Shown here piece by piece: positions 39,150 through 50,700 of a stretch of DNA of 64,000 nt. The translations under genes were made by a program, and so were the position numbers. The DNA comes from Hypanus sabinus (Eukaryota). Location of the stretch: NCBI RefSeq assembly GCF_030144855.1, contig NC_082732.1, forward strand, positions 22,382,001 to 22,446,000. The letters run 5' to 3'. A model generated the notes under the pieces. That model was not told the origin of the DNA. It did no database searches and worked only from the letters and a program-made list of their open reading frames with translations. The first letter of the stretch is position 1. Every line of letters begins with the position of its first letter.

Positions 39150-40190
39150 TAGAACATAGAAATCTATAACATATTACAGGCTCTTCAGCCCATAATGTTG
39201 TGCCGACCATGTAACCTACTCTAGAAACTGCCTAGAATTTCCCTACCACATCGTCCTCTATTTTTCTAAGCTCCATGTACCTACCTAAGGGTCTCAAAAC
39301 CTTGTTGCATCCACCTCTACCACTGTCGCTGGCACTGCATCCCACGCACCCACCACTTTGTGTGTAAAACTTACCCCTGACACCTCCTCTGTATCTACTT
39401 CCAAGCACCTTAAAACTATGCCCCCTCGTGTTAGCCATTTCAGCCCTGGGAAAAAAGCCTCTGGCTACCCACTTGATTAATGCCCATCATCTTATACACC
39501 TCTATCAGGTCACCTCTCACGTCCATCACTCCAAGAAGAAAGGGCCAAGTTCCTTCAACCTATTTTTCATAAAGCATGCTCTCCAATCCAGGAAACATCC
39601 TTCCTGTAGTGAGGTGACCAGAACTGAACACAGAACTCCAAGTGGGGTCTAACTAAGGTCTTGTATAGCTTTAACATAACCTCACGGCTCTTGAACTCAT
39701 TTCGACAGTTAATGAAGGCCATCACACCATACACCCTCTTAACAACACTGTCAACCTGCACAGCAGCTTTGAGTGTCCCATGGAAACAGACTCCACGATC
39801 TTGCTGATCCTCCATACTGCCAAGGGTCTTACAATTAACATTAAATTCTGTCTTCAAATTTGACCTACCAAAATGAACCACTTCACACTTATCTGGGTTG
39901 AACTCCATCAGCCACTTTTCAGCCCAGTTCTGCATCCCATCGACGTCCCGCTGTAACCCCTGACAAGAATCAGCAAACTTACTAACCCACCCTTCTACTT
40001 CCTCATCCACATCATTTATTAAAAAAAATCGCCAAGAGGAAGATCCCAGAACAGATCCCTGCAGAACACCACTGGTCACTGACCTCCATGCAGAATACGA
40101 ACCAACTACAACCACCCTTTGCCTTATGTTAGCAAGCCATTCCTGGATCCACAAAGCAAGGTCTCCTTGGATCCCACGCCTCATTAGTTT
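39150..40190 (-). mobile_element. CR1 LINE fragment
   Basis: ORF 39567-40208 (VTSGVLQGSVLG...LVRPHLEFCVQFWSP) plus ttctatg tail. Confidence 0.9.
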
Positions 40191-40242
40191 TGTGCAGTTG
40201 TAACTCACATGTTGAAGGGTATTCCAAATGCCCTGCGTTTAC

Positions 40243-40491
40243 CTGTCAGGGTTGGCTTTATCCTCCTCCTCAGGACTCGCACTGCCAAGGATCCTTTTCC
40301 GTGCCTCTGCATATTCAGCTTCTCTCTGAGCCAGTGATTTGACTTGTGGCACTGGCCTTGTAGCAGAGTGTGGTGTGCTTACCACTCCGTTACTTGTCGG
40401 TCTTTTCAGAATGCGGATTTGTCGGGTGCAGGGCGTTGGGTGGAAGTCATCTTGTATGACGATGGGAACTTTAGGCGCCTGTTTCAATTTC
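40243..40491 (-). CDS. SZRD1: SZRD1 coding exon 3, SUZ domain ([10 protein letters not shown]...IRILKRP...[20 protein letters not shown])
   Basis: tttaaacag acceptor, gtaaac donor, 249 bp, phase 2-2. Confidence 0.96.
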
Positions 40492-40774
40492 CTGTTTAAA
40501 TATGAAAAAGCATTTAGATTTATCATATCCATTCAAATGTTTTATAAAATGCTAAAAAGAGAATATGACAAAACTGAATGTAACAGAACCACAAACCTAA
40601 CCTATGTTGAGAAATAAGGCTGTGGCACAGGAAATGGGATGCAAAGAACTGGTTGATGCCACCAGCAGTGTGAACTTCATCCTTTTTGAAAGGTTAAGTG
40701 GACAATGAAAGGCAAAATGAAAGTTTTTCCATTAGCTCAGTAGGATCAATATACAGTAATGTAGTTAAAGGTGT

Positions 40775-42357
40775 TGTAGCGGTGTGCTACACGCAGCGCT
40801 AAAATTACGACACGGAGTCGGTAACTGCAGTCGAAGGAAAAAAACTTTATTCGAAAACTTCAGCCTCACTTTTAAGCCTCTGTCAACCGGCCCCCCATGG
40901 TGCAGAGGCTCCAAAGCTCTGTGCTCGCAAACCCCCGTAGGCTATCTAATTGTGAGTCGGTTCGGATACGCTAGGAAATGGGTCGCCACATAACCCCCCC
41001 CCCCCCCAGAACCGGCGATACACCCCCCAATGTCCACAGTCTGGGCCAGAACCTGCTTGGGAGGTCGGCCTCTGCGCCGAGGCGCCGGAAACTCGGCCGG
41101 TTGCGCCAGGTCCACATGGGCCGATTTGAGGCGGTCCACCGTGAAAACCTCCTCTTTCCCCCCAACGTCCAGCACGAACGTGGACCCGTTGTTCCGGAGC
41201 ACCATAAACGGCCCCTCGTATGGCCGCTGCAGCGGTGGCCGATAACCGCCCCTTCGTACAAAAACAAACTTACAGTTCTGTAGGTCTTTGGGTACGCAGG
41301 TCGGGTGCCGCCCATGCTGTGAAGTGGGTATGGGGGCCAGGTTACCGAGCTTCTCGCGTAGTCTGCCCAGGACTGCTGCGGGTTCTTCCTCTTGCCCCCT
41401 TGGGGCTGGTAGGAACTCCCCGGGGACGACCAGGGGCGCGCCGTATACCAACTCGGCCGACGAGGCGTGCAGGTCGTCCTTGGGCGCTGTGCGGATGCCG
41501 AGTAGGACCCAGGGAAGCTCGTCCACCCAGTTGGCTCCTCGCAGGCGGGCCATGAGGGCCGACTTCAGGTGACGGTGGAAATGCTCCACTAGCCCGTTCG
41601 ACTGTGGGTGGTAGGCAGTTGTGTGGTGCAGCTGAGTCCCCAAAAGGCTGGCCATAGCTGACCACAGGCTGGAGGTGAACTGGGCGCCTCTGTCGGAGGT
41701 AATGTGGGCCGGGACACCAAAGCGAGATATCCAGGTGGCGATCAGGGCTCGGGCGCAAGATTCGGAGGTGGTGTCGGTGAGCGGGACCGCCTCTGGCCAT
41801 CTTGTGAACCGGTCCACAATAGTCAGGAGGTAACGCGCTCCGCGCGACACTGGCAGGGGGCCCACGATATCCACATGAATGTGGTCGAAACGCCGGTGGG
41901 CGGGATGGAACTGCTGCGGTGGGGCTTTGGTGTGCCGTTGCACCTTGGCCGTCTGGCAGTGCATGCACGTTCTGGCCCATTCACTGACCTGTTTGCGGAG
42001 TCCGTGCCAGACGAACCTGCTGGAAACCATAGGTCCGGGCGCTGTGTCCAGAAGCCTGGCAGTTTCAACGAAACCGCATGAACAGAGGCGGCGTCAGTCA
42101 TTTCTGGTCCAAAAATCGTTTGGACCGTCGGGGTCACCAATTGTAGCGGTGTGCTACACGCAGCGCTAAAATTACGACACGGAGTCGGTAACTGCAGTCG
42201 AAGGAAAAAAACTTTATTCGAAAACTTCAGCCTCACTTTTAAGCCTCTGTCAACCGGCCCCCCATGGCGCAGAGGCTCCAAAGCTCTGTGCTCGCAAACC
42301 CCCGTAGGCTATCTAATTGTGAGTCAGTTCGGATACGCTAGGAAATGGGTCGCCACA
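40775..42357 (-). mobile_element. Gypsy/Ty3 LTR retrotransposon of the same family, internally deleted, copy 2 (1583 bp)
   Basis: 216-bp LTRs at 40775-40990 and 42142-42357 (2 differences). 4-bp TSD GTGT. tRNA-Trp PBS TGGTGACCCCGACG at 42126-42139. Poly-G PPT. Gag start joined directly to integrase. Confidence 0.96.
40942..42030 (-). CDS. Retrotransposon integrase ORF, 362 aa (DDE core, GPF motif, N-terminally truncated zinc finger)
   Basis: Uninterrupted ORF with CMHC, HIHVDIVGPLP, HITSDRGAQF, SNGLVEHFHR and RPYEGPF. Expression unknown. Confidence 0.75.
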   Translation of the reverse strand: MVSSRFVWHGLRKQVSEWARTCMHCQTAKVQRHTKAPPQQFHPAHRRFDHIHVDIVGPLPVSRGARYLLTIVDRFTRWPEAVPLTDTTSESCARALIATWISRFGVPAHITSDRGAQFTSSLWSAMASLLGTQLHHTTAYHPQSNGLVEHFHRHLKSALMARLRGANWVDELPWVLLGIRTAPKDDLHASSAELVYGAPLVVPGEFLPAPRGQEEEPAAVLGRLREKLGNLAPIPTSQHGRHPTCVPKDLQNCKFVFVRRGGYRPPLQRPYEGPFMVLRNNGSTFVLDVGGKEEVFTVDRLKSAHVDLAQPAEFPAPRRRGRPPKQVLAQTVDIGGCIAGSGGGGGYVATHFLAYPNRLTIR

Positions 42358-42588
42358 GTGTAAAGAATTTCAGATAAACAGAGGCAAAGAAGGTCCCTGT
42401 GGTGTGTCAAGCTTTCTTTTTTTTTCCCCCATATTCTAAAATCCAAGAGAACTGCATGGGTACCAGGCTATGCGCAAACTTAGTGCTGACATTCAATTCA
42501 TGAATTATAGAGCAGAAAATATACAAATCCATCTATCCAGTTCTATACAACTTCAACAGCTTGTATCACAATATCCCACATTTACTTA

Positions 42589-44293
42589 CACTCAATGGCC
42601 ACTTTATTAGATATACCTATACAATTCTACCACAGACTGTCCCAAGCCCAGCTACAAAAAGAGGTGGGTTGGGCATGGGGCTAGGAACCTCATCCTGTAA
42701 AAAACCAGTGCTCCAGAAATACCAGAGGCTCCACAGACCTCATCCCTGGGAGAGGAAGAATTTTCAAAGCTGGACTGCACTTGGGAACAATTCGAAGGAA
42801 TGGCCCAGGATAGAAAACTTGGGCAATCTGCTTTTGGTAGGCTACACCCCAGCAGGGGTGATGGGCCTAAGTAATAGTATACCTGCTTGTGAATGCAAAC
42901 ATCTAACCAGCCAATCAATGTGGCAGTGATTCAATGCAAAAAAGCATGCAGCCATGGTCAAGAGATTCGCTTGTTACTCAGACCGAACATCAGATTGGGA
43001 AAGAAATGTGATTTATGTGATTTTGTCCATGAAATGATTGCACTGGACAATAAACATTTTGCTTTTCGAGTACTTTTGGGTGTATCTTATGGATTTGGGC
43101 TGATCATGAAAATCACCATAAAATTTCCCTACCAGAGCACTTTCTTTTTATATATTTGTAATTCATAATTTGTTAATCAAAATGTTGCCTACAATGTAAG
43201 CTGGAAAGTTTTCTAACTTGTCCAGGCAAGCCTGGGCATGGTTAGGCAGGGTGGATTCTAGCAAGGCAGGACAGGTTTTAGAAAGGCTACAAATTTCTGT
43301 GAAGGATGTCGATATTTGAGACAGACATTTCCCAGAACAGCTACTGCGAAGATCAAGGAAGGGATTTTTGTTGGTCCACAAATCAAACAGGTCATCAATG
43401 ACAGGCAATTCAAAGAACTTCTAGTGGGACTGGAGAAAAATCGCACAGAAGGCATTCAAAGATGTTGAAAATTTTCTTGGCAACTACGGAGCAACAAACT
43501 ACAGTATGTGCAGCCTGTTGACAACCTGCCCCAAGCATACAAAACCATGAAGTGTAACATGTCACTGAAAGATTAATTTTCTGCATTCCCACTTGGGCTT
43601 CTTCCTGCAAATCTTAGTGATGAATATGATGAAAGGTTTCACCAGGACATTGCGGTCATGGAGAAATGGTATCAGGGCAACTGGAGTCCACCAATGCTGG
43701 TTGATTAATGTCGGACACATAGGCAAGAAGCCTCAGACCCCGAGTACAAACGAAAATCATCAAAACATTTTTAGCTTAGTTAAACTATTGCAAAGTGTTA
43801 GCACCATGAAATAAATGCAGTATATTTAAATAAAAGTTAAATTCTTGTTTCTCCAAATTCTTCTGTGATACAAGTCATCTGAAATTATATCTGTGTTTAG
43901 CTTCAAGCGGTCTATTATAAACAACAAAAAAATTCCAAGGAAGCAACACTTTCAAAAAAAAATTTGTCGTCCAGTGTTGACAGGATGGTTTAAGTATCTC
44001 AGAAACTGCTGACCTCTTGGGATTTTCACACACGTCTCTGGAATTTACAGGCAACGGTATGAACAACAAAAAACAATCAGCAAGTGACAGTTCTAGGAGG
44101 TCGCAGCAGTAACTCAAATAACCACGTCACCAGCGGTGCGCATAAGGACATCTCTGAACACATAACGTGTCGTGGATAGGCTATAGCAGCAGAAGATATG
44201 AATACTCAGTGGACACTATACAGGAGGTATACACTATACACTATACTGTACCTCCTGTACAGGAGGTAAATGATAAATTGAGACGACTGAGTG
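42589..44293. mobile_element. Non-autonomous Tc1/mariner-like element with nested insertions
   Basis: TA|cactcaatggccactttatt ... actgagtg|TA termini. Internal sequence homologous, in inverted orientation, to 24130-24410 and 25200-25380. Confidence 0.72.
43041..43976 (+). mobile_element. Chapaev3-like (CMC) DNA transposon, internally deleted
   Basis: CACTGGAC...GTCCAGTG terminal inverted repeats. Decayed transposase C-terminus AKIKEGIFVGPQI...MKCNMSLK...SDEYDERFHQDIAVMEKWYQG. Confidence 0.8.
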
Positions 44294-47200
44294 TATATTC
44301 TTATTCTAAGATGAGAAAACTTCAAAACCCTAGAGATAAATATAACCTGAACCATCTAAAAAACAAATTAGATTTAGAAATCCAATGGGCCATGGCAACT
44401 GAAATCATCCTGCCATTACCTGATTGAACAGTACAGAAAATGTGATGACTGGAGCATTAGAAATGAGGTGTACAAATTCATAAGAGTTATAGACTGGCAA
44501 GCAAGTGCAACCTGGGTCTTGGAGGGATGGAGGATGAGGGTCAGTGACCACAGATGCAATGGATAAGAGGTTTGAGTTGGGACAAGTTAAGCAATTTTAT
44601 ATTCAGAAAGTAGGAATGGAGTCGAGCCAAAAATGTAACTTCAGTTAACAAAGGCATTGAAGAGAGTTTCAGAATAAAAAGCTAATGTAGAGGTAAAACA
44701 GCAACGTTAATATGTGGGGATAGGCAGGCTTAATAAAAACCATGCTCCAAATCTTATCTTGGGGTCATTCGATACTAAACTTGTAATCGAGTTCAATCTA
44801 AAAAATTGTCCAGAAAATAGAGTTTACAACAGTGAAAGAGGACAATGAGCTGAATCATTATCTCGTTAAAGAAAAATTACTGCTCATTCACAGTTGAAAA
44901 TTTGAAGATAACTGGAAGAGTTAAAAGAGATGCTGACACGCAGAGCAGATTATTTAATTTGTGCCTGGGCATTTATGTATTTTGAAGGGCTGACTTCATA
45001 TGTCATATATGTATCCAAGAAGGTCAGAAGCTTTATTTGTACATCACTATTCAGTTGCCCATACTTGTAACAAATCAGTTTGTTCTCAGAAGTATGAAGG
45101 GTCACTTAATTTACACGTACTTTTGTTACTAGTATCTAGCAAAGCAAGCAGATTCTTTGATGTTTATGTCAAAATGTGCTATTGCAATGAAAGTAGGGAG
45201 CATCCTCTGACAACTCAAACTTTCGATGGGAAGTCCCTCCAGATCCCACACTCCATTGTCATTACTCAAATGTTAATTTTACAACAAATTTAAACTCAGG
45301 CAAATGGACAATTGGTGTTTCAGATCAAGACCCTTTACTTCTACTCATCCTCCCAAAGAACAATCTGGCAACCACGTCACATGACTGTACATTTACTAAT
45401 ACATTACTTATTATCTATTGAACAGTGTACTAACTTCTAGACAGGAATCTGTTAGTAGTAGGCTATTTTCCACACAGAAGCTCAATTTCCAACGAGGAAA
45501 AAATAACGGGTGATGATTAGTTATGAATAACTCAATTTTTATTTAGGATTTTTTAAAATTCCCTTTAGACAACTACATTTCCATTTTGGTACAGAAGTTC
45601 TAATTTAAGACAACTTCCCTTTTTCAACCATTATCCAGTTTCACATGCTTAAAAGGGACTCTTCCTCAGTAAATGATATTCAAAGTATATTCATCAATAC
45701 CTTCCCAATTCACTGAAAAGTTATTTTCCAACTAATTAATACTTGGCTTGACAGTTACCAATGGACAATGAGCATGTTTATATTAGTTACACTTAAAAAT
45801 TCAATCTGTCTCAGCAGGCAAGAACTTATTTTCCGGCAAACTCTTTGGTTGACTAAGGGAAAATTGTTTGAAGATAAAATCTAAAGAACCACACAAAGCC
45901 TGTGGTCTACAAGGAAACAGATCCCTGCTGGCATTATTTACACTTTAGAGACATTTCCTACAACAGGCATTTTGAAGAACTGGAGAGGCACCTCAAAGCG
46001 GTTCATCAAAATCCTACAAATCCATTGACTAGCCAGCCATCAGTAATCTCTCCCAAGTCAATGACCCGAGGATACAGATTCTAACTACACTCCATTGGCT
46101 CCGTTGCAGAAGTCTCCCAAATAGCTAGGGCATTCCAATTCAAGAATGATTCCAAAGCTTCCTTGAAAGCATCAAGTCCATGTGACCATTGATTCAAGAT
46201 GGCAGAGCTTGAATCTTTCAACACAAGTATGCAAAATTCCATGGGCAGGAAAGTACATCACCTCCAAATCAAGCCACTTGCTTGCTCGACTCGATCAAGT
46301 ACTTTCAACCCCACCTGCTTCAGTCTGCAAACCCTACTTGGGTTTTATCAACCACATCAGAACCCACAGGACAGGAGTGGAAACAAGTCATCCACAACCC
46401 CAAGGGGCTTCTAAGATATTCCTGTTGTGGTTATGGCAGAAGCTTGGTCAGGTTATGCAAGAACTTGTTTCTACTCTGAACAGTTCCACAAAATCATTCA
46501 CCTCGGAAAGGCAACTCTTGACACAAATGTGGCACTCACAACATATCTACTCAAGAGTTGATGTAAGTCTTCAAATCCTAAAAGGTGCAGTGGAAAACTA
46601 TTTGTGAGGGATTTTATTATTCCCTCCCTACCCACTGAACTTTATCTGCAAAACAGCATGCATCATCACAATTTAAAAAAACTTGCATCCAATTTACTCA
46701 AGACTATATACAGAACAGAAAATCCAATGGAAGTTCCCTATTAACCAAATTGAAGAATTTCATCTGGTTTTCCCTTACCACCAACTCTTTTACACTTTGT
46801 AATTAGAAATGGGGCTTACCACCAAATCCTGGCAACTATTCTCTAGCTTTGAGCTTCAAAAAAGCTTCAATATTATAAACCACCGCACCCACGCTAATCC
46901 CACCAACACTGTCAGTCAGACATTTAAACTGAAAACAAATGAAGTAGTAAGCCTATACCCAAGGCCTATATAGCAATGAGTCCTCAGTCTCACAGGACAT
47001 CTCCTGTTGTGAAGGATCAGTTCATTCATCCCTACGCATCCAAACAAATAAGCAAGTCTAAGCAAATGAACTCCACCTGGAGAAGATCTGGCCAGGAGAT
47101 CAGGTTCGAGGCAATCCTGTGCATTAAAGAATAGTAAACATGTTTTGCAAAGGAGAATGTTATTTTCAACCAAATATATTGACCTTGTTTGAACTAAAGG

Positions 47201-48351
47201 AGGCAATGAAACAATGCGTCATTCAAATGTCATGGTCATGGTGCATGTAGATTTGAAGTTACTAACTCAGGGTTGATCATCCATAAAGTGGCCAATGGCA
47301 GCTTTATTTACTGCCTTCTGCCAGCTAGCAACAGTTCTTAAGCAAACTCTCTTGCAGGTATTGCAAGTGGATACCCAAATCAGCAAACCCCATCTGGAAA
47401 CCAGTACTCAAAAATAATTGCCTTGCTGAAGTGTTTCCCTTCAAAGGTTTGTTGCTCTCCTTTCTGCCGATATCAACACGTCAGACCCTTCATTTTTAAG
47501 ACACGCGGACAAAGCAAGTCAGATTTTGTCCACTCTGTATTCCACACAGTTAAACATTGCAGCAAGCTCTAGCTTTTCAGGATCATCCACACAGAGGAAG
47601 AATAGAGTTAAGGGAACACCTCAAAAGTTTATAATATTGATAAAAATGGCCACTCAAAAATTTGTAACCAAAACAAAATTACATCCCAAGCCACTTTTTA
47701 AGGAGAGTACTTTGGAATAATCCAGTTATAATGCAAGATATATGAACGCTAATTTTGAAGAGCAAACTTACACACAAAGCAGTACCGTGTCATCAGTAAT
47801 TAACATCACAAAAGCAGAGATAAACATTGAAGAGGATACCAAGGAGAGCAACTCTGTTCTTCAAAGTCGTTTCACAAAACTTTAAAAAAAATTTTGTTCA
47901 CTTGAGGGCAGATATTTTCAGCTTAATGTCTTGCCCAAAAATAATGGTCCCTCATTGCTGCACTGGGAAATCAACCAAGATTTTTATGCTCTGGTCTCCA
48001 GAACATTACTTCAACTCACATGATACTGCTACCAAATGAACCATGGTTCACACCCAAAGATTATTTAACCAGGGAACAGCAATGACAAACATTCGAAAGG
48101 CACCGTTTTAAATTAGCGGTGCAACTCTATGAGACTGCAGACGCAAAAGATCATTACATTTGGAGGTGGGGGGGAGAATTATTGTTAGGTAAGATTTTAA
48201 AGAGCAGAACATGTTCATATACCAGCTAAGAAATGATTAAGCAGAGAAGCTGGTACTTTCGTTTGTTTCAGAGAACGAAGCTATTACCAGTCAAGCCATC
48301 AGGGGGAGACAATAAATTGCTAGCATTTTTTTTTAAAGAAATAGCTCTTAC

Positions 48352-48401
48352 TTTTCTTTCTGCTGGATCTTCAGTTTTGCTTCTAGTCGTCGATCAATTT
48401 C
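48352..48401 (-). CDS. SZRD1: SZRD1 coding exon 2 (EIDRRLEAKLKIQQKEK)
   Basis: ttcttgcag acceptor, gtaaga donor, 50 bp. Confidence 0.94.
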
Positions 48402-48802
48402 CTGCAAGAAAGGAATCACATGCAGTATAAAGAGGTGTGCTATAAGAACAATAATCAGTTGAACACCAAGGTACAAACAGATGGGCACAAAAATCTATTC
48501 AAAACTAAAGTTGGGATTTGCTGTAATAAAGAGTACACCCAAGCAGTCCAGCAAAGGTGGTGTGAAAACAGTGCCTGGAGAATAAGAACAGACAACTGCA
48601 AATTGTTACAATCAAATCTGACACAGCCTAAGGCCAAGGTGTTCTGCATGTACATACAGTACATGACCAGGTTGATACACATTAAAATAGAAAGTGATAG
48701 TTTGGGCCAGCAATGTGATTACATTATTTGCTTATAAAATTGTTAATATACTCTAGACCTCCTGAATGTTACAGAAAATCTGTGCCAGAGTTCTCTGCAG
48801 AT

Positions 48803-49070
48803 AGAAACATAGAAAACCTACAGCACAATACAGGCCCTTCAGCCCACAATGCTGTGCCATATATGTACTTGCTTTAAAAATTACCTTGGGTTACCCATAG
48901 CCCTCTATTTTTCTAAGCTCCATGTACCTATCTAGGAGCCTCTTAAAAGACCCTATCGTATCTGCCTCCACAACCATCGCCAGCAGCCCATTCCACGTGC
49001 TCACTACTCTCTGCATAAAAAACTTACCCCTGACATCTCTTCTGTACCTACTTCCAAGCACCTTAAAACT
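48803..49070 (-). mobile_element. CR1 3' end, same subfamily as 39150-39420
   Basis: Very similar 3' UTR and FKVLGSRYR...RGKFF motif. Confidence 0.85.
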
Positions 49071-50504
49071 GCTCTCAAACAAGATGTACTCAACTTCTCG
49101 TAGCACTAATCGTAATCCTACTAATTGTAATTGTATTGTGAAGGTGTAATCAGACTCTGAAGATCCTCATTTTGCTTAGTTTCAGTTTAAGTTACGCCCT
49201 CACACTTGGGCTTCACAACAGCAGCTCTGTAGGTGTCGATGCTCCCTTAAGTCACTGATGCCCCAGGCACGACAAAACCAAAAGGTCACCAGTTTCAGCA
49301 CACTGATATTTTCTTAAAAGCAAACTAATTTTCTAATCATCTGCATTAACTGTTTACAAAATAATTCATTAATACATCAACTGCTCAGACTAAAGCTGTT
49401 GTGTTACAAATTGGTTATTCAAACTCTGAACAATATCAGGATGAAGGTGCAAACAGTCACTCTGGGTCTTTGCTTGCTCAGTATCCACATATACACTCTT
49501 TAAATATATTGTGGGGAGAGGAAAAAGCTAAACATTACTAAATTCCAAAGTATTGACCCCAAACAGAAAACTTAATAACTTTTCACTAATGTATTAATAA
49601 ACAGCATCAACACCAAAGGTCCTTTCAATACATTATTTTGTAATGTTTTAACACTTAACTCATTGCTTTGTCCAGTTTCACAAGAATGGATGAGGAACTA
49701 GAGAAAAGGCCAAAGGGACATCTCAAAAATATGTAAAGTGATGGAGTTCAGCACATCCTTCAATTATTGTTGAGTTAGAAGTCCACGGCTGTAAAATAAA
49801 AGGAAGGCCTCTTTTTTTTCCTTTACATACAAGTGGCCCAAATCTGGAATGTTACCAGCAGATGTGATTGAGGCAGATTCCACTCAGGCCTCACAGGGAA
49901 AATTAGACAAGTGTATGCCAAAGAAAAAGCTGCAAGGCAACAGAGACGGTCCCAGTGGGCAGAATGGCCTCATCCTGTAGACACTGCATAATCTGTATGT
50001 CCCATTCCACACAGTTGGCTAAATGGCCAGTTTATCTGATGTATTTCTAAAACTTGATCAGCCAGACAGACCTTCCATACCAAACTCCTTTATATTTCAT
50101 ACATTTCTGGTTACAGATTCCAGACATTGCACTATCATTTATTTCTGAAGTAGAGCAGATGCTGCAGCGCTACAGCAGCTTGCTAGATTGTTGGATGTTC
50201 AGTGTTTTCTGATAAAGCATTAAATCAAGGCTACATCGCATGGTGCACTACAGATTTGGATTTAAAAACCCAAATGGAGCAATGTCAAGAGTGCATTCTG
50301 TCTTGATTTTGAAGTTGATAACATTGCTGAGATGAAGTTGCATAGGTTGCTGGGAGATCAATGAAGGTAAGCACATCTTAACACTTTTACCTAATTGCAC
50401 AACTGGGTGTTATAATTGCAGTTCAAAAACATCGAGTTCATCACATACCAGCTGAACCCTTAAAAAAGTTTTCTTGAATAATCAGTGTGACAAGATATAT
50501 TATG

Positions 50505-50700
50505 ACAGCTGTGGAGGCCCAATCATTGAGGGTGTTTAAGGAGGAGATTGATAGGTACCTAATTAGTCAGGGTATCAAGGGATATGGGGAAAAAGCCAGA
50601 AATTTGAACTAGATGAGAGAATAGTTTATTTAGCTCATGGTGGAGTGGCGGAGCAGACTCGATGGGCCAAATGGCCTACTTCTGCTCCTTTGTCTTGTGA
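50505..50700 (+). mobile_element. Short CR1 3' end
   Basis: gtggaggcc...ggtatcaagggatatggggaa...gatgggccaaatggcctacttctgctcct. Confidence 0.8.

Noticed and set aside
33086-42357. The two Gypsy copies as a segmental duplication or assembly artefact
   Set aside because: They have different TSDs, flanks, internal deletions and diagnostic LTR substitutions.
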